Assembly (NCBI GenBank): GCA_009103225.1
Contig: RHPI01000277.1
Span: 704,074 to 768,073 of the forward strand
From: Chlorokybus atmophyticus
Lineage: Eukaryota > Plantae > Mesostigma and Chlorokybus algae
Direction of reading: 5' to 3'
DNA: 64,000 nt
The notes under the pieces: generated by a model
Databases searched by the model: none
The model's input: the letters and a program-made list of their open reading frames with translations, nothing else
What the model was told of the DNA's origin: nothing
Made by a program: the position numbers and the translations under genes
Part shown: one piece after another, positions 36,945-49,400 of the stretch
Layout of the letters: the number at the start of each line of letters is the position of its first letter
Position numbering within the stretch: position 1 is the first letter of the stretch

Positions 36945-39593
36945 GTGCGTGCATACGTACGCATGTAATGGCCGCCCAATTAGCACCTCTCTACCCACTT
37001 TAAGAACATTGAAACGAAGATGGTAATTTGGCAACACTAGATTATAGTGTCACTTATCGCTTTGAGAGGAGACATATGCATGACAAGCACTGCTCAGCAC
37101 TGCTTGTCTCAACTGAGTGAGGCGCTACCATGGCGGGTCGCCCGCAGTAGTCTTCAACAGTCTGGGTGCTGGCGACGTCATTAGCGTGGCCTACAATGTA
37201 GGGCTATAACATGCACAAGAAAGCGCACAGTGGACTAACAGTCTCGGCCGCGTGATCACAAAAGTTGGCACCTGCCGCACCACCACTATTGGACACAAAA
37301 GACTCTTGCATAAAATTAATCATGGATTTCATGGCGCTTTTTGCCAGTATCGGCATTGAGGGGTTTGTGTTGAATTTGTTTTCTTTGTCCTGTAAGACAA
37401 GCTCTTCCCTCATCACACCTGTCTCACCGTCCGTGGTGTACAAGGCACAATACTTGGCAAGTATTCAGTGGCCAATTCATAATGGAACACTTTTGCCCGG
37501 AAAAACGAACTCGACATAGAGATTAACAACCTTGGAAACAAAGTTTGAGCGGCTTGCTGCGTACGCACAGCGCCACGTGACAATCATTATACGCAAAGCG
37601 CTGGACACCATTCACGTAGCTACACAATGGCGTATTGGTCAGCTTGCAGGACTTCTAAAGATTAAGATGTAATTGTGAGTTGTCGTGATTGATAATGGCA
37701 GTTAGCGACCGACACTGACGCATATATAAACCGTAACGGTTATATGCGACACATGTACATAGCGTTGCCGATAGCGTTATCGCAACCAAAGAAGCCTTGC
37801 ACATTTTTGCAAATGTACAGAAATGTAAGCTAGGTGTGCATAATGCTTTGCAAGCAAAATATGTTGAGACTCACATGATTTGGGGACATAGCCATGGTTT
37901 AATTGTATGCAAACGACATTGTGTGTTATATTAAAGATCTGCTAGTGGTTGATATTTTAAACTATCAGCAGGTGATATACATAGGTAATAGGTAACCTGT
38001 TGAATGATGGTATTTATATAAGTAACATGTTACAGCTAACACAAACACATTAGGCTGACACTTCATCGTTCTTAAACATGCACTTATCTCAGCACCCATC
38101 AGTGGGTTTATGTACCAAAGTTTATTTTAAGTTTGCTTTATTAAAGTTCGCATTTATTTCAATGCGCATTGGAAAAACTGCGTGCAGCATCGCATCCATC
38201 TTCGGATCTTAACCAAATGTTTATTTAAGCAGTGCAAACATTGCCCCCAGTTGCAATGCTGGGATCAATTACCATGTGTAGTGTGGTGTCTGTGATATTA
38301 GTGCATGCGTTTTAATATGCTATATACATTCAAGCATGATTTTGTATCAGCAATTAACGTCGTGCTCATGATGATTGCAAAAAGATGCAATACGATGGTC
38401 ATAGCAAACGTCACGTACTTGGTGTCACTCAGTCGCCGTATGTTCACGCTAATACGTTTTATATTATCAAAAATGCAATTATGTGTATCTTATCATGTGT
38501 GCACCAGCATTATGCGTGTAAGGGGAGCACAGAAGTGCCCTCATGTATACTATGCAAGTAGTTCAGTCATTAACACCACTTAATATGCGAAGCAAGCAAT
38601 TGTGCTGCTCGTTGTAAGTGACGCACACGCTGTCCCAACCTCAATAACTTAAACCGTATGAAGTACTAATGTCCGCAATGTCCAATTGCACGAAGGTAAT
38701 TGGCTCACTGTAACGCTTTTTTATATAAATGAGACGCGATTATTGCTGCCGCATCATGCAAGGCTTACATCCATGTTCACGCTGCTGAAGGGCCCAGCTA
38801 CCTATTGTACTTGCTATCGTGCGTACTTTGCACTGTGCATTGCTTGCACTCACCCGCCACTAGCCCCGCTTTTCTTCACATACACCAGCAGGCCAAGTTG
38901 CTTGATTTTCTTGGCTACCGTGCATACCGTCACTCTCTTTATAAGAGTACACTTTATCCCGAGAAAACACGTACCTATAGGCCATCATTAAATTATCTTT
39001 CACCTGCCGGTAGGTCACAATGTCGTCACGCAACAGAGCATCACAGCAACGTCACGCCAGCCAGCAGGCTGCTCGTGACGCTGCTGCGACGTCAGCAACT
39101 CTCCTGGTAAGTGGTACAGATTATGTGGTACATATTGAATTACCAGCTCAGGGGGTGAGCTAGCCCCTCAAGTTGAGGGGCCTCAAGTGCACGGTGCCGT
39201 ACGGACCACACGATGGAGCACTATCGATGGGGTCTCCACATGTGGGGTGCACAGCACAGCCTGTGACGCTGCGGAATCTCTTACTAGATTAAAGGGTCAC
39301 AGCGACAACAATTAGGGTCTCGTTAATAAGCTATCCACTGGATCTGCATTTTGTGCTCAGTGGCCGTACGTTAGGCTTATCCTCTTTTACTAATTATATA
39401 TACGTCTCGAAAACTTCTCGGTCCATTGTGTACAGGTCAGCACTTCACTGAACTACGCTGTCCTACCACAAACTTCTCCAAGATCGTACGTTAACTGTAC
39501 GACTGCGTACTTAACACCCGTTACAGCGCCTGTGTGCGGCACACAGTGAGTGCCCCCTAAAAAGGGGCCCTTATCAGCACTTGTTTTGACACA

Positions 39594-39601
39594 TATATAA
39601 A
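39594..39601 (+). promoter_or_regulatory. Candidate TATA box of the CASP/MARVEL-like gene
   Basis: TATATAAA followed by a GC-rich 5'UTR exon and a 5'UTR intron (GTAAGT ~39741 to CAG ~40052) before the ATG. Confidence 0.4.
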
Positions 39602-40062
39602 GCAGCTGAAACGCGAATGGGGCAGAGCGGCAGTGAGTGCATTCTGCGCAGTGTGTGGCTGAGTTCTCTAAAGGCGGCGGCGGCGGCATTGGCATAGAGA
39701 GAGCGGTTTCACAGCTTCAGCAAGCGGTCCACTTATCTGCAGTAAGTAAGAGCCCATGCCCGTAGACCGCTGCTTGCTTGCTTGCTTGCAATGCGCTTCT
39801 GCAGCTGGCAACGGCAATCCCTGCATGCATGGAGCTGTGTGAGCTTGTGTCGTTGTGGTCTGTTGCATTGCATTGACATCGGCTGCCTTCAAGCTCCCTC
39901 ATTGCTGTTGCTTGCTGCTTCACGTTTGTGCTTGCGCAAGGGCTGCATGCATGCATGCTGCACTGTGCCACAGAGTGCGTGCACCGTGCGCATGTCAGCA
40001 AGTGTACACACTCGCACACACCAGTGTCTAACGCAGTCCTTCCTTCAATGCAGTCAGCAAGC

Positions 40063-41069
40063 ATGGCGACCGAGGCCCCCACGCGCATCGTGATCGACCC
40101 AATGATGGTGGGCCCGACCAAGGGCGACAACGTCAACAACACCGCCCCCGCCGGGGCGCGCCAAGGGGCGAGCGGCAACAGTCTCAAGGTCCTCAAGGTC
40201 CTGGAGATTCTAGGGGTGCTGCTTGGCGCCGCCGGTCTGCTGGTAAGACCAAGGAGAGCAAACAACCAAGCATCAGCCCCCCATCCACATCCCTGCTCTC
40301 CTTCCTGCTGCTTCTCTGTCTTTTGAGTGCCACTTCCTGGGCACTCAACCGCTTGATTACCTCCTCTCCCCTCTCTCCTTTCAGTGCTTGTGCGCATTGC
40401 GTGCACCCGCACAGAGGCGTGTGTGTATATGTGGTTGAGCCAGCGTACCTTTGGTGTTGTGGTGCTTGTACTGATTCTCAATCTCTGTGTGTGTGTGACA
40501 CTGGCAGTTCGCTTTCATCTACCTGGTGTGGGTGGTGCACACATTCGACAAGGGCGAGACCGTCAACATCGCCAAGGGGACGTGGGACGCATGGATCTTC
40601 GTCCTGCTCGCGGGTCTGTACCTCATCCCAACCTACCTTATCCCCAAGGTGCCCTTCTTCCCCATCGTCCACGCCTTCTTCGTCGCCATCTCGTGGGTCT
40701 ATCTGGGCGGAGTAAGTACAAATTCGCACGCAGCACTGCCTTCGTCTCAAATGCTAGTCACACTTGGATGCCTCTTGCATGTGCGTGTGTGTGTTACTCA
40801 GATAATCAACTGCCTGCACAGACTGGCGCTGCGATGATCACCGCCTGCAACACTGTCACTGGCGTTGAAAACTACTGCAAGTGAGTGTTGATCCCTGATG
40901 ACTCTTGTCAAAGCTGATGTTCAACACACATACCCGTGACTCATTGTGTGCTCTCTTCAACAGGTTTGTTCGTCTCGGCTTTGTCGGCTTCCTCTTCACG
41001 TGGGTGGCGTTCATCTCCCTGGCAATCATCACCTCCCTCAAGTACAGGCACCACTTCTCCAAGTACTAA
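40063..41069 (+). CDS. Four-TM membrane protein, CASP-like/MARVEL-type topology (~180 aa, 4 exons)
   Basis: Exons 40063-40242, 40508-40711, 40822-40880 and 40964-41069 splice in frame with GT-AG. Four hydrophobic helices. The last extracellular loop has the Cys pair TACNTVTGVENYCK. Family call is inferred from topology. Confidence 0.7.
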
Positions 41070-42820
41070 GCACTACTTTCCCCCCTTTCCGGTGTTAATG
41101 CCGGGACCCCACCTTCTGCACCTCCGGCCCTTGCCATGTGCAACAAGCGCAATAGAAGAAAAGAGAGACACAACAACAAGCTGAGATGAGCTAACACCAG
41201 CAGCAGTTCGGATAGATAGACTTTACGCGCGATATATTGCCTCCTGTGGAGACGACCATACCAGAAACACTTACGTATGTAATATGCCATAGATAGCAGT
41301 GCCAGGACACAGCTGTATAAAGGCATCGCCCTTTTTGTCTCCCTTGTGTTGTTGGTTGCAACCCCCCTGTTGCTGAATGAGAACATTTATTTCTGGTTGA
41401 TGGTCATTGACCATTGGTCACGTCACTGGCACACGTATCCTCCAGTGTGAAAGAACCATATTAAAAACTAGTAGCATGTGTTTATACCTGCTGAAACCCT
41501 GTTGCTAAATTCGTGGGAAGGAAGTTAGATCACCTTCCTTGTTGCTTCCTTCTTGTTGCTTAACAATGGTGCGTGTACACAAATGTTGGCGATGTTGGCT
41601 GCATGCATGTGTGTAAACTGTGGTTGCAAACAACATGGCAACTGTGTTCATAACGAAATCGTACGTCAGCTTGCCAATGTCAAAGCACACACGTGCGTAG
41701 CTAATGTGCGGCAGTACACAACGCTTACTTGCACGCTACATAGTCAATGCCAAACTACAGCTACGCAATGCATATATATAGTCACCAGTTTGCAAATGAC
41801 ACACCAATGGCTAGATGAAGACTAACCAGCGCGTATGATATATATAATGTGCCGCATGCTGTGGCATAATGTACAACTGGGGCAAGTGTGCGTGGATGTT
41901 GCGGTAATGACAACAAAACAAATCTGGCCTTGATCAGCATAGATTTGATCCCCTTGTATGTGTCGACATGTGCGCGCGCGTGCGTGCGTGTGTGCGAGAC
42001 AAGTGGGGGGGAAAGGATTGTTGCGTATTGATGCAGGAGCAAGGTGACGACACACAGCATGACATGATGTAAGTAGAGCAACAACAATCACTACATGAAT
42101 ACCCACCTGAAACATGTGGACGTGGACCCAAGCAACGGTGAAGCAGCGACGGTGTGGATGTAAGGGGACGCATGACACATCAGGGCAGCACATGTACAAG
42201 AGCGTCCCAGAACGCCATCGACAGCTGCATGCACACACATGGTTGATGTTGTAGACAACAATGCACGACAACAACAGCAACGACAACAACAACGACGGCA
42301 GCCCAGCCACACGCGCATGGTGAGGAGGAGCCTTGGCGGCCACTTAGGCATACAACATATCCTCCCCTCCTCCGGTGCGCGTACGCGTGCATGTTTGCGT
42401 GTGTGTTTGCAAACAGCCACCCCACCATAAAGCCACCGAGGACCGAGTGTGATGAAGATGCAGCCGAGGCAGGCGGAGCATCAGAGTGAAGGGGGGGCTC
42501 CGGACCCCCTACCGGAGACCTGCACAACATACCCACCCACCCACCCACCCACCTGCATGTGAACGAGGCCACAGCTTACTGTACTTCTCGTTGCCCTGTC
42601 GCTCATCCTCTCCACCCTGCTGGGACCCTTCGGATTCTGCACACATTCACTGTACCCACCCATCATGATCACTCCTCTGAGGGTCACTCAACTCTACCCC
42701 CCCTTGCACACATGACGAGTCACTTCAAATCATATGCTCATAACAATTAGAGACTCTTGTACGGTACGCGATCCAACGTACGTACGGTGCTTGTACACCG
42801 TGCCACTACCGCCACTATTA

Positions 42821-42908
42821 GCCACGTGGCAGCGGCGGCGGCGGCAGCGGCGGCAGCGGGCGTCACAGCCTAGCGTAGTAGCCACGTGTCACTCGCAACC
42901 CCACGTGC
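42821..42908. promoter_or_regulatory. Three G-box (CACGTG) motifs upstream of the GST gene
   Basis: CACGTG at 42823, 42883 and 42902; two are in ABRE-like context (ACGTGGC, ACGTGTC). Confidence 0.45.
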
Positions 42909-43153
42909 TAGCAGAGCTTCAAAGCTTAGCTGTGAGCCGCCGTGCAAGTGCGCGTACCGGTACACTGTATACGCATTGGGGTGCAGTGCGTGAGCGTCCA
43001 ATGCACTGCACCCCGAGTGCATGGTTGTCTCCATGGTTGTGGACTAAGGTGATGGTGTAGCAACTAAGCTTAGCAAGTCGGATCATCACTAGTAACGTTT
43101 TGGGGTTGTCTCTCTGTCTTGTGTGGGGCACAAGTAACACTGGCCTTTTCCTG

Positions 43154-45120
43154 ATGGCGCCCCCCAGGCTGATCACCATTGGTGAGTGATGAAAGTGTCG
43201 CTTATTGCATACATGCAACGAATATACTGGACCCAAACAATGTTGGATCTGCGTGTCATGCTTGCAGTTTTGGCACAATGGTTGTTGCTGACGCTGCACT
43301 GTGCGCGCGTGTCTGTGTACAGGGCCTTCTCATTACTGCGAAAAGGTACGACGTGTTTCTTTTTCACAAGCTGCAGCACTGTATGGATGCAATAAGAAAT
43401 TCAGCATCGATGCACATGCCACACACGCGCATGCGCGCACACGCACACTGCTTTGTGGATGTGAGGCGAACTGCATTTTTCTCTCTGTTGCGTTGTCGAT
43501 AAATGTGTTTTATAGTCACATGTTGGGCACTTGACGTCCAACGGGACCACATTACTACACTGAATGATCAATTGACCAGGCAAGGTGGGCGCTTCAGCGC
43601 TATGGGATCGAGTTTGATGAACGCAAACACGTGCCCGTACTGCACTTCTTCTTCACCAAGTAAGTGGGTTCACAATGTCACACATACACACGCATAACAA
43701 CGCATGTTGTCGTTTCAAAAACAACAAACACAACAACAACAACAGAGGTTACGGGACAGGCAAGACATCGACGCCAAAGCTGGTGATAGACTCGAAGCAC
43801 ATTATCGAAAATTCCACTGATATTCTTCGCTACGCCGATGATATCGGCTGCAAGCGTAAAGGCATCGGTATTGGCAACGTTGGCGATGCTAGAGGGCTGT
43901 TCCCTGCTGCCAAGAAATCAGATATCGACGAGCTGGGTAAGGATAAACGTTACCCGCGTGCGTGTGCGCGTGTGTGTGCGTGTGTGAGGTGATGTTGGTT
44001 GTGTTTCAGGTGATGAACTGAGCGAGTGTTGTGTTTGTGATGGTGCAGTGGGGTACTTTGACAAGGTGCTGGGAGTCCACGTGAGGCGCGTGATATACTG
44101 GCACGTGCTCTTCACGCCACTGGCTTACGAGCTGTTGTCTGCAGGTGAGACACTGTACACACGCTGCATGCACAAACATGCCCTCATGCACGCATGGATT
44201 GTGTAAACAGACACATGTGCGCGCTCATGCACATGTCACCCACGCACACATTTATGCACGCCTAAGCATTACATGAATGTGTGTTTGTCATGACATGCAG
44301 GTGCCGGCTGCATGGAGAAGTTCTTCGCTCGCATCACATTCCCGCTGATCAGAAAAGCCATCGCAAAGGGGTTCAACCTCAACAAAGAGTCGTACGTGAG
44401 ATCCAGAAAGGCCGTGGACGACGTTTTCACCAAGGTGTGAGTTTTGCCTTATGCCAGAAATAGAATTACGCACAATAACAGTGTGTACACGCGCACACAC
44501 ACTCACAGTGGCAAACAAACAGACACGCGCACGCAAACATATCCACTTAGGTACGCACCAGACAACGCAGCAGACACGCAAACGCACGTACACAAGAACA
44601 CGTGCACACACACATGCACACACGTCGCCACCCCCACCCACCCACCCACCCACGCACGCACGCACGCACGCACGGACGCACGGACGCACATGCGCGCACC
44701 AGTGTACATTGTTATGTTCCCCCTTAGGTGGCGGAGTTATTGGCCGACGGGAGAAAATACCTCACTGGCGACTCATTCACAGCCGCCGATTTGACATTCG
44801 CTTCGCTGGCAGCGGTCATATTCTATCCTGAAGAGTGAGTGAGTCCTTTCAGACCCACACTCCGACATGTGTACGACACACAACCAACTTCTCAATTGCA
44901 CAACAGATACGGTGCCGAGTTGCCACCGATAGAGAGGTTTCCCCACGGTGCCATTGCAGAGATCGAGCGATATCGCAACACACCCGCGGGAAAGGTGCGG
45001 AGATTTGATGTGGGTTTGTGTGTGGTATACATGTTGATGTTGTTGTGCTGTGTTGTGCAGTTTGGGCTCCGCGTGTACAAAACGCATCGCCATGTTGTCC
45101 TCTCAAGTACGAAGGAGTAG
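43154..45120 (+). CDS. Glutathione S-transferase-like protein (bacterial-type SHYCEK family), 9 coding exons
   Basis: Spliced MAPPRLITIGPSHYCEKARWALQRYG..HVPVLH, STPKLV..ENSTDILRYAD, YFDKVLGVHVRR..Y, LADGRKYLTGDSFTAADLTFASLAA, PEEYGAELP, RNTPAGKFGLRVY. Confidence 0.88.
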
Positions 45121-46465
45121 CACTGCTGAAAGCAGAAGACATACAACATAGATGTTGTGTAATAATTTGTATAGAATAATACAACAAAGGTGTTGCATGG
45201 TGTGACAAGTATCGTCATCTTGTGTGGCTTATCCAGAACATCTCGGAATCATATATGCACACATTGCTGATGACAATTGTGTCCCGCGTGTACGCGCCTA
45301 TGCAAATGCGTTGGTGCACACGCATGGGATAGCGGCTCCCAATCCTTCCAGACTGAACACTCTCCGTATACGAAGACAACCGCCTGCGCGGCGAGCAGCT
45401 GGCGAGTTCACTCCCAGCCAGCTCATGTCATTGTACTCGCTGTGGCTTTCGGTGCATGCTTGGCAATGACAGCATAATGCTATACCTGATAAGCGCTCAT
45501 TCCACAAACATGCTGTGTGTAGATGTTCAGAGTGTTCATCACACTTGTGGCCTGTAGGGTGTTGTACTCACTCTGGGGTTGGGACGCTTTCGGCTACATG
45601 GGTTTGCAAAGGCACATGCAGACTGTCAGTGCCATAGAAGGCACTTGAAAATCTGCATGTGCCTTTTATTGACTGTGAAGGAAGGGACTTCCTCCCCGTG
45701 CATAGCAAGGTTGGAGGTCGCCAAGCATTAGTCCTTCTCTGATGCACACCAACACGCACACAGAAGTGCCCGCATGCACGCACGCGCACGCACGTGTCCG
45801 TGCACACAGCCAACCAAGTCAATGCACGCTACTCCCGCTCCCTTGGCTTTCAATGCTTGCAGACCTCCGCTAGATCGCCGCTAGATAGTCAAGCATTCAA
45901 GGTTGCAATCTTTGTGACCACCTTAGCTACACCGAGCTGCAATGCAGCTGCACCACTGACCCGTACTTGCGGGCTCGGACAACATTGTGTACCTGTATGC
46001 CTACTTGTTTTGCGTGCTTGACGCCAGGTTTGAATATGTCGATGACTCGGACAACCTGTATATGCTCGTGTCAATGACGATAGCATAACCTCCAGCAGCT
46101 CCATCACTGCACAGACCCCTTGATACGAGACAACAGGTAACATCAACTCCCACTGCTTGGGGGCGGCCACATCAGGGTGCAATGATTCACCTTGTTGCAT
46201 GCGCAAGACCTTGAGAGGGCTGGTCAAGAAGATCTTCACCCAACGTGTCCAACGTATGTCATGTTGGACACGTCACGCTTGGGCTGAGCTGCAAGCATGA
46301 CGCCACCACCGTCAGTAAACATACAAGGCAACACAGCAGCATGTGGCGTTCTGCACAAATGTCAAGTCACATCGCCACAAGTACCTTGCAAGCGTGTGTT
46401 TTGGCCTGGAGACCATGCCGTGGTTGAGCTTGTTGCCGTGTACCAATGCTTGATGCGTGTTGCAC

Positions 46466-49400
46466 TCACGGCGCTTCCAGCAAGTCACTCACAACTTTGA
46501 GATTCTGCACTCAAAACAGCAGGAGCTCAACACGATAAGAGAAGCAATGCAGATGCAGTTGCAAACACAAATGATGATGAGTAACAAGTCAGTGGGTGAA
46601 TGTGCGGGCTCACATTCTCCGCCTGCTCGAGAAAGTTTCTCCAAATCTCCGGCAGCTGCTTCGCATCCGCTGCCTCCTTTTCGTTTAATTCACGCGCGGA
46701 TGCGACGGCAGATTGTGCGTGCATGGACTTTAGGCTTGCTTTGACCTGAGAGTGGGCGAGCAGTTTTGCGTGTAATCTCAAGCTACAGCTGTGCGTGCTT
46801 ACTGAGTCAGTGTTATAAACTGGCAACTGTTGGAAACGTGGTGCTGGATGCAGGCATGCCCAACATGCGCGCACGTGTGCACACACGCGCGCNNNNNNNN
46901 NNNNNNNNNNNNNNNNNNNNNNNNNNNNNNNNNNNNNNNNNNNNNNNNNNNNNNNNNNNNNNNNNNNNNNNNNNNNNNNNNNNNNNNNNNNNNNNNNNNN
47001 NNNNNNNNNNNNNNNNNNNNNNNNNNNNNNNNNNNNNNNNNNNNNNNNNNNNNNNNNNNNNNNNNNNNNNNNNNNNNNNNNNNNNNNNNNNNNNNNNNNN
47101 NNNNNNNNNNNNNNNNNNNNNNNNNNNNNNNNNNNNNNNNNNNNNNNNNNNNNNNNNNNNNNNNNNNNNNNNNNNNNNNNNNNNNNNNNNNNNNNNNNNN
47201 NNNNNNNNNNNNNNNNNNNNNNNNNNNNNNNNNNNNNNNNNNNNNNNNNNNNNNNNNNNNNNNNNNNNNNNNNNNNNNNNNNNNNNNNNNNNNNNNNNNN
47301 NNNNNNNNNNNNNNNNNNNNNNNNNNNNNNNNNNNNNNNNNNNNNNNNGGGGGCTCAATGTCACACCTTTTCTCCTTTGTACGTAAGCGCCCAAAGCGCA
47401 GAGGATGCATACGCTCGTGCTTCTGCATCCTGTCGTAAGCTGCCACCCAGGCAAAGGGGATATGTACGATACATTGTATTGGAATAATTGAGACTCGCCA
47501 TTGAGCAACTACTGAGACATAGGGCCTTATGCGTGATGCTAACAATGCAATGTCAATGGGAAAAAACTCAATCTAACCAAGGCAAAACGGTTACCTGTCC
47601 AGTAGCAGCGGAAGCGCGCGGTCGTTGCATACGAAATGCGTCTTATTTTCGTGTGCAAAGCACAAGTTGCGCAACTGCGGCACAACAATACATGTTACAT
47701 GTGTCGCATACGTATACGAGTGTGCACACGAGCACACACACATCGATGCGTGCTTTGATGTGCACAGATGCTTCCCAATACTAATCCGAGAGAGAATCTC
47801 ACCAGCAGCAAAGCAAGCACTGGTGCATGTCCAGGGCCACCATTCTCAACAACGTCCAGGATCTGCATGCACAAGAACAGTCAAGTGAGGATCACATGCA
47901 TGCGTGAATGAGCAATACTTTAGGCTAAAACGAATATGTGTGCGCGTAAACATGCGCACCTGGTCAAAGCAGCCTGCTAGGGTCAAAGACTTGGTGATGA
48001 AGCGCTGGCCTTCTGGTGAGCCGGCCACATTGATGAAGAAGCGCAGGATGACCTCCTACACATGCACCACAACACATCCTGTGAACGGGACTGCCAAACC
48101 ACAACACAACCTTGCTCAAATGAATATGGTCCGTTGCAGAAAGCCCATACCTGCTGCGCGGTGCACTTCTTCTGATAGTACCCTTGCAAAAGCCTCAGAC
48201 TGTCCCGCATGACATTCGTGCGCAAAAGCACCGCCAAAGACTCCACCCCAGTCGCCAGCACCTGGCATAGAGTGCACATGTTTGAGCATTGTGCACATTG
48301 TATAGTACGTGTGCTGGCACATTCTTGTATGTGTCTGTACACATACAACTTATGTGTACAGATACAACAGTAACTGTACAAACACATGCTTTCATGTGTC
48401 TGTACACTTACTGTACAGACAGAGATTGTGCAGCGTGTGTACAAATGTGCTTGTACGAAGTGTGTTTGTACACACGCTGTACCAAGACATGCGTACACAT
48501 TGTCTGTACAGCATCAGACACACATAAACAAACTCCACACTCCCCACCTGCAGTATCCCGTACACCATCCGCATCCCCTTGACGTCCAAGTCCGGCCTCG
48601 CCGCCAGCTTCACGATGCCGGCGAGCAGGTGGCGGCGGGGGTTGTGGCCGACGTCGGCGTCGGAGACGAAGGCGCGCTTGGAGGTGGGAGAACGGGCGAG
48701 GAGGGTGGAGAGCAGACCGAGGACCTGTAGGTGCAGTGTGTGTGCGTGTGCGTGGGTATGTGCAAAGACGTACACACACACATGTCATTGCACTTGTAGA
48801 TGTCTTGCTACAGATGGTACAGATGCACGCATACACATGCAACTGTTTGTATACATGCGTGTGTGTGCATGTGCATGTGCGTGTGTACGTTTGTATCGAA
48901 GGCACGTGCATATGGGTCGGTGTGCATGCAAGCGCATGCATACGTGTTGGGGTGTGCGTGGGTGTTTCCAGTGTGGGTATGTGTTTGTGTGTGCTTGCGT
49001 GCACGCGCAGGCCTGGCCATTACTGCTGTGCAGTATACAAAGAGCAGCTGTGCCAACAACACCTTACCTCATGCATGAGGGCTTCATCGATCATGCACGT
49101 TGGCCACAGCGAGAGCATGAGAGCCGTAACGCCAGCGTCCAAAGCAGCTTGCTTTGCCGCATCAACTGCCGAACCCATGTGCTGATCCTCATCAGACTGG
49201 CCACCACCATATGCAGCATGCTTGACCTGCATGTGTGCAAACAGTCTGATACAAGTTTATGTATTCCAACATAACCATACAAAAGAGATGCATTCAACCA
49301 TACCAGAGTCAGACACATCAGGAGTTCTTCTCTCAACATGTTATGCTCCTTCTCGCCGAGCTTTCTGTTGTTGTTAGCCTCTTCGCTCTTGTCTTGCAAC

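Noticed and set aside
41822-42343. 173-aa ORF with apparent signal peptide
   Set aside because: The hydrophobic stretch derives from a (GTT)n microsatellite and the rest is intron-like RY sequence.
43516-43569. Intronic CWALD segment resembling a duplicated GST exon
   Set aside because: Acceptor phase is incompatible; the true exon (ARWALQ) starts immediately downstream.
45889-46239. ORF as a C-terminal extension of RTTN
   Set aside because: RTTN ends at an in-frame TGA (46466); this region is likely 3'UTR.
19234-47545. ORFs spanning N runs and flanking poly-G/poly-C
   Set aside because: Artefacts of assembly gaps; the homopolymers probably caused the gaps.
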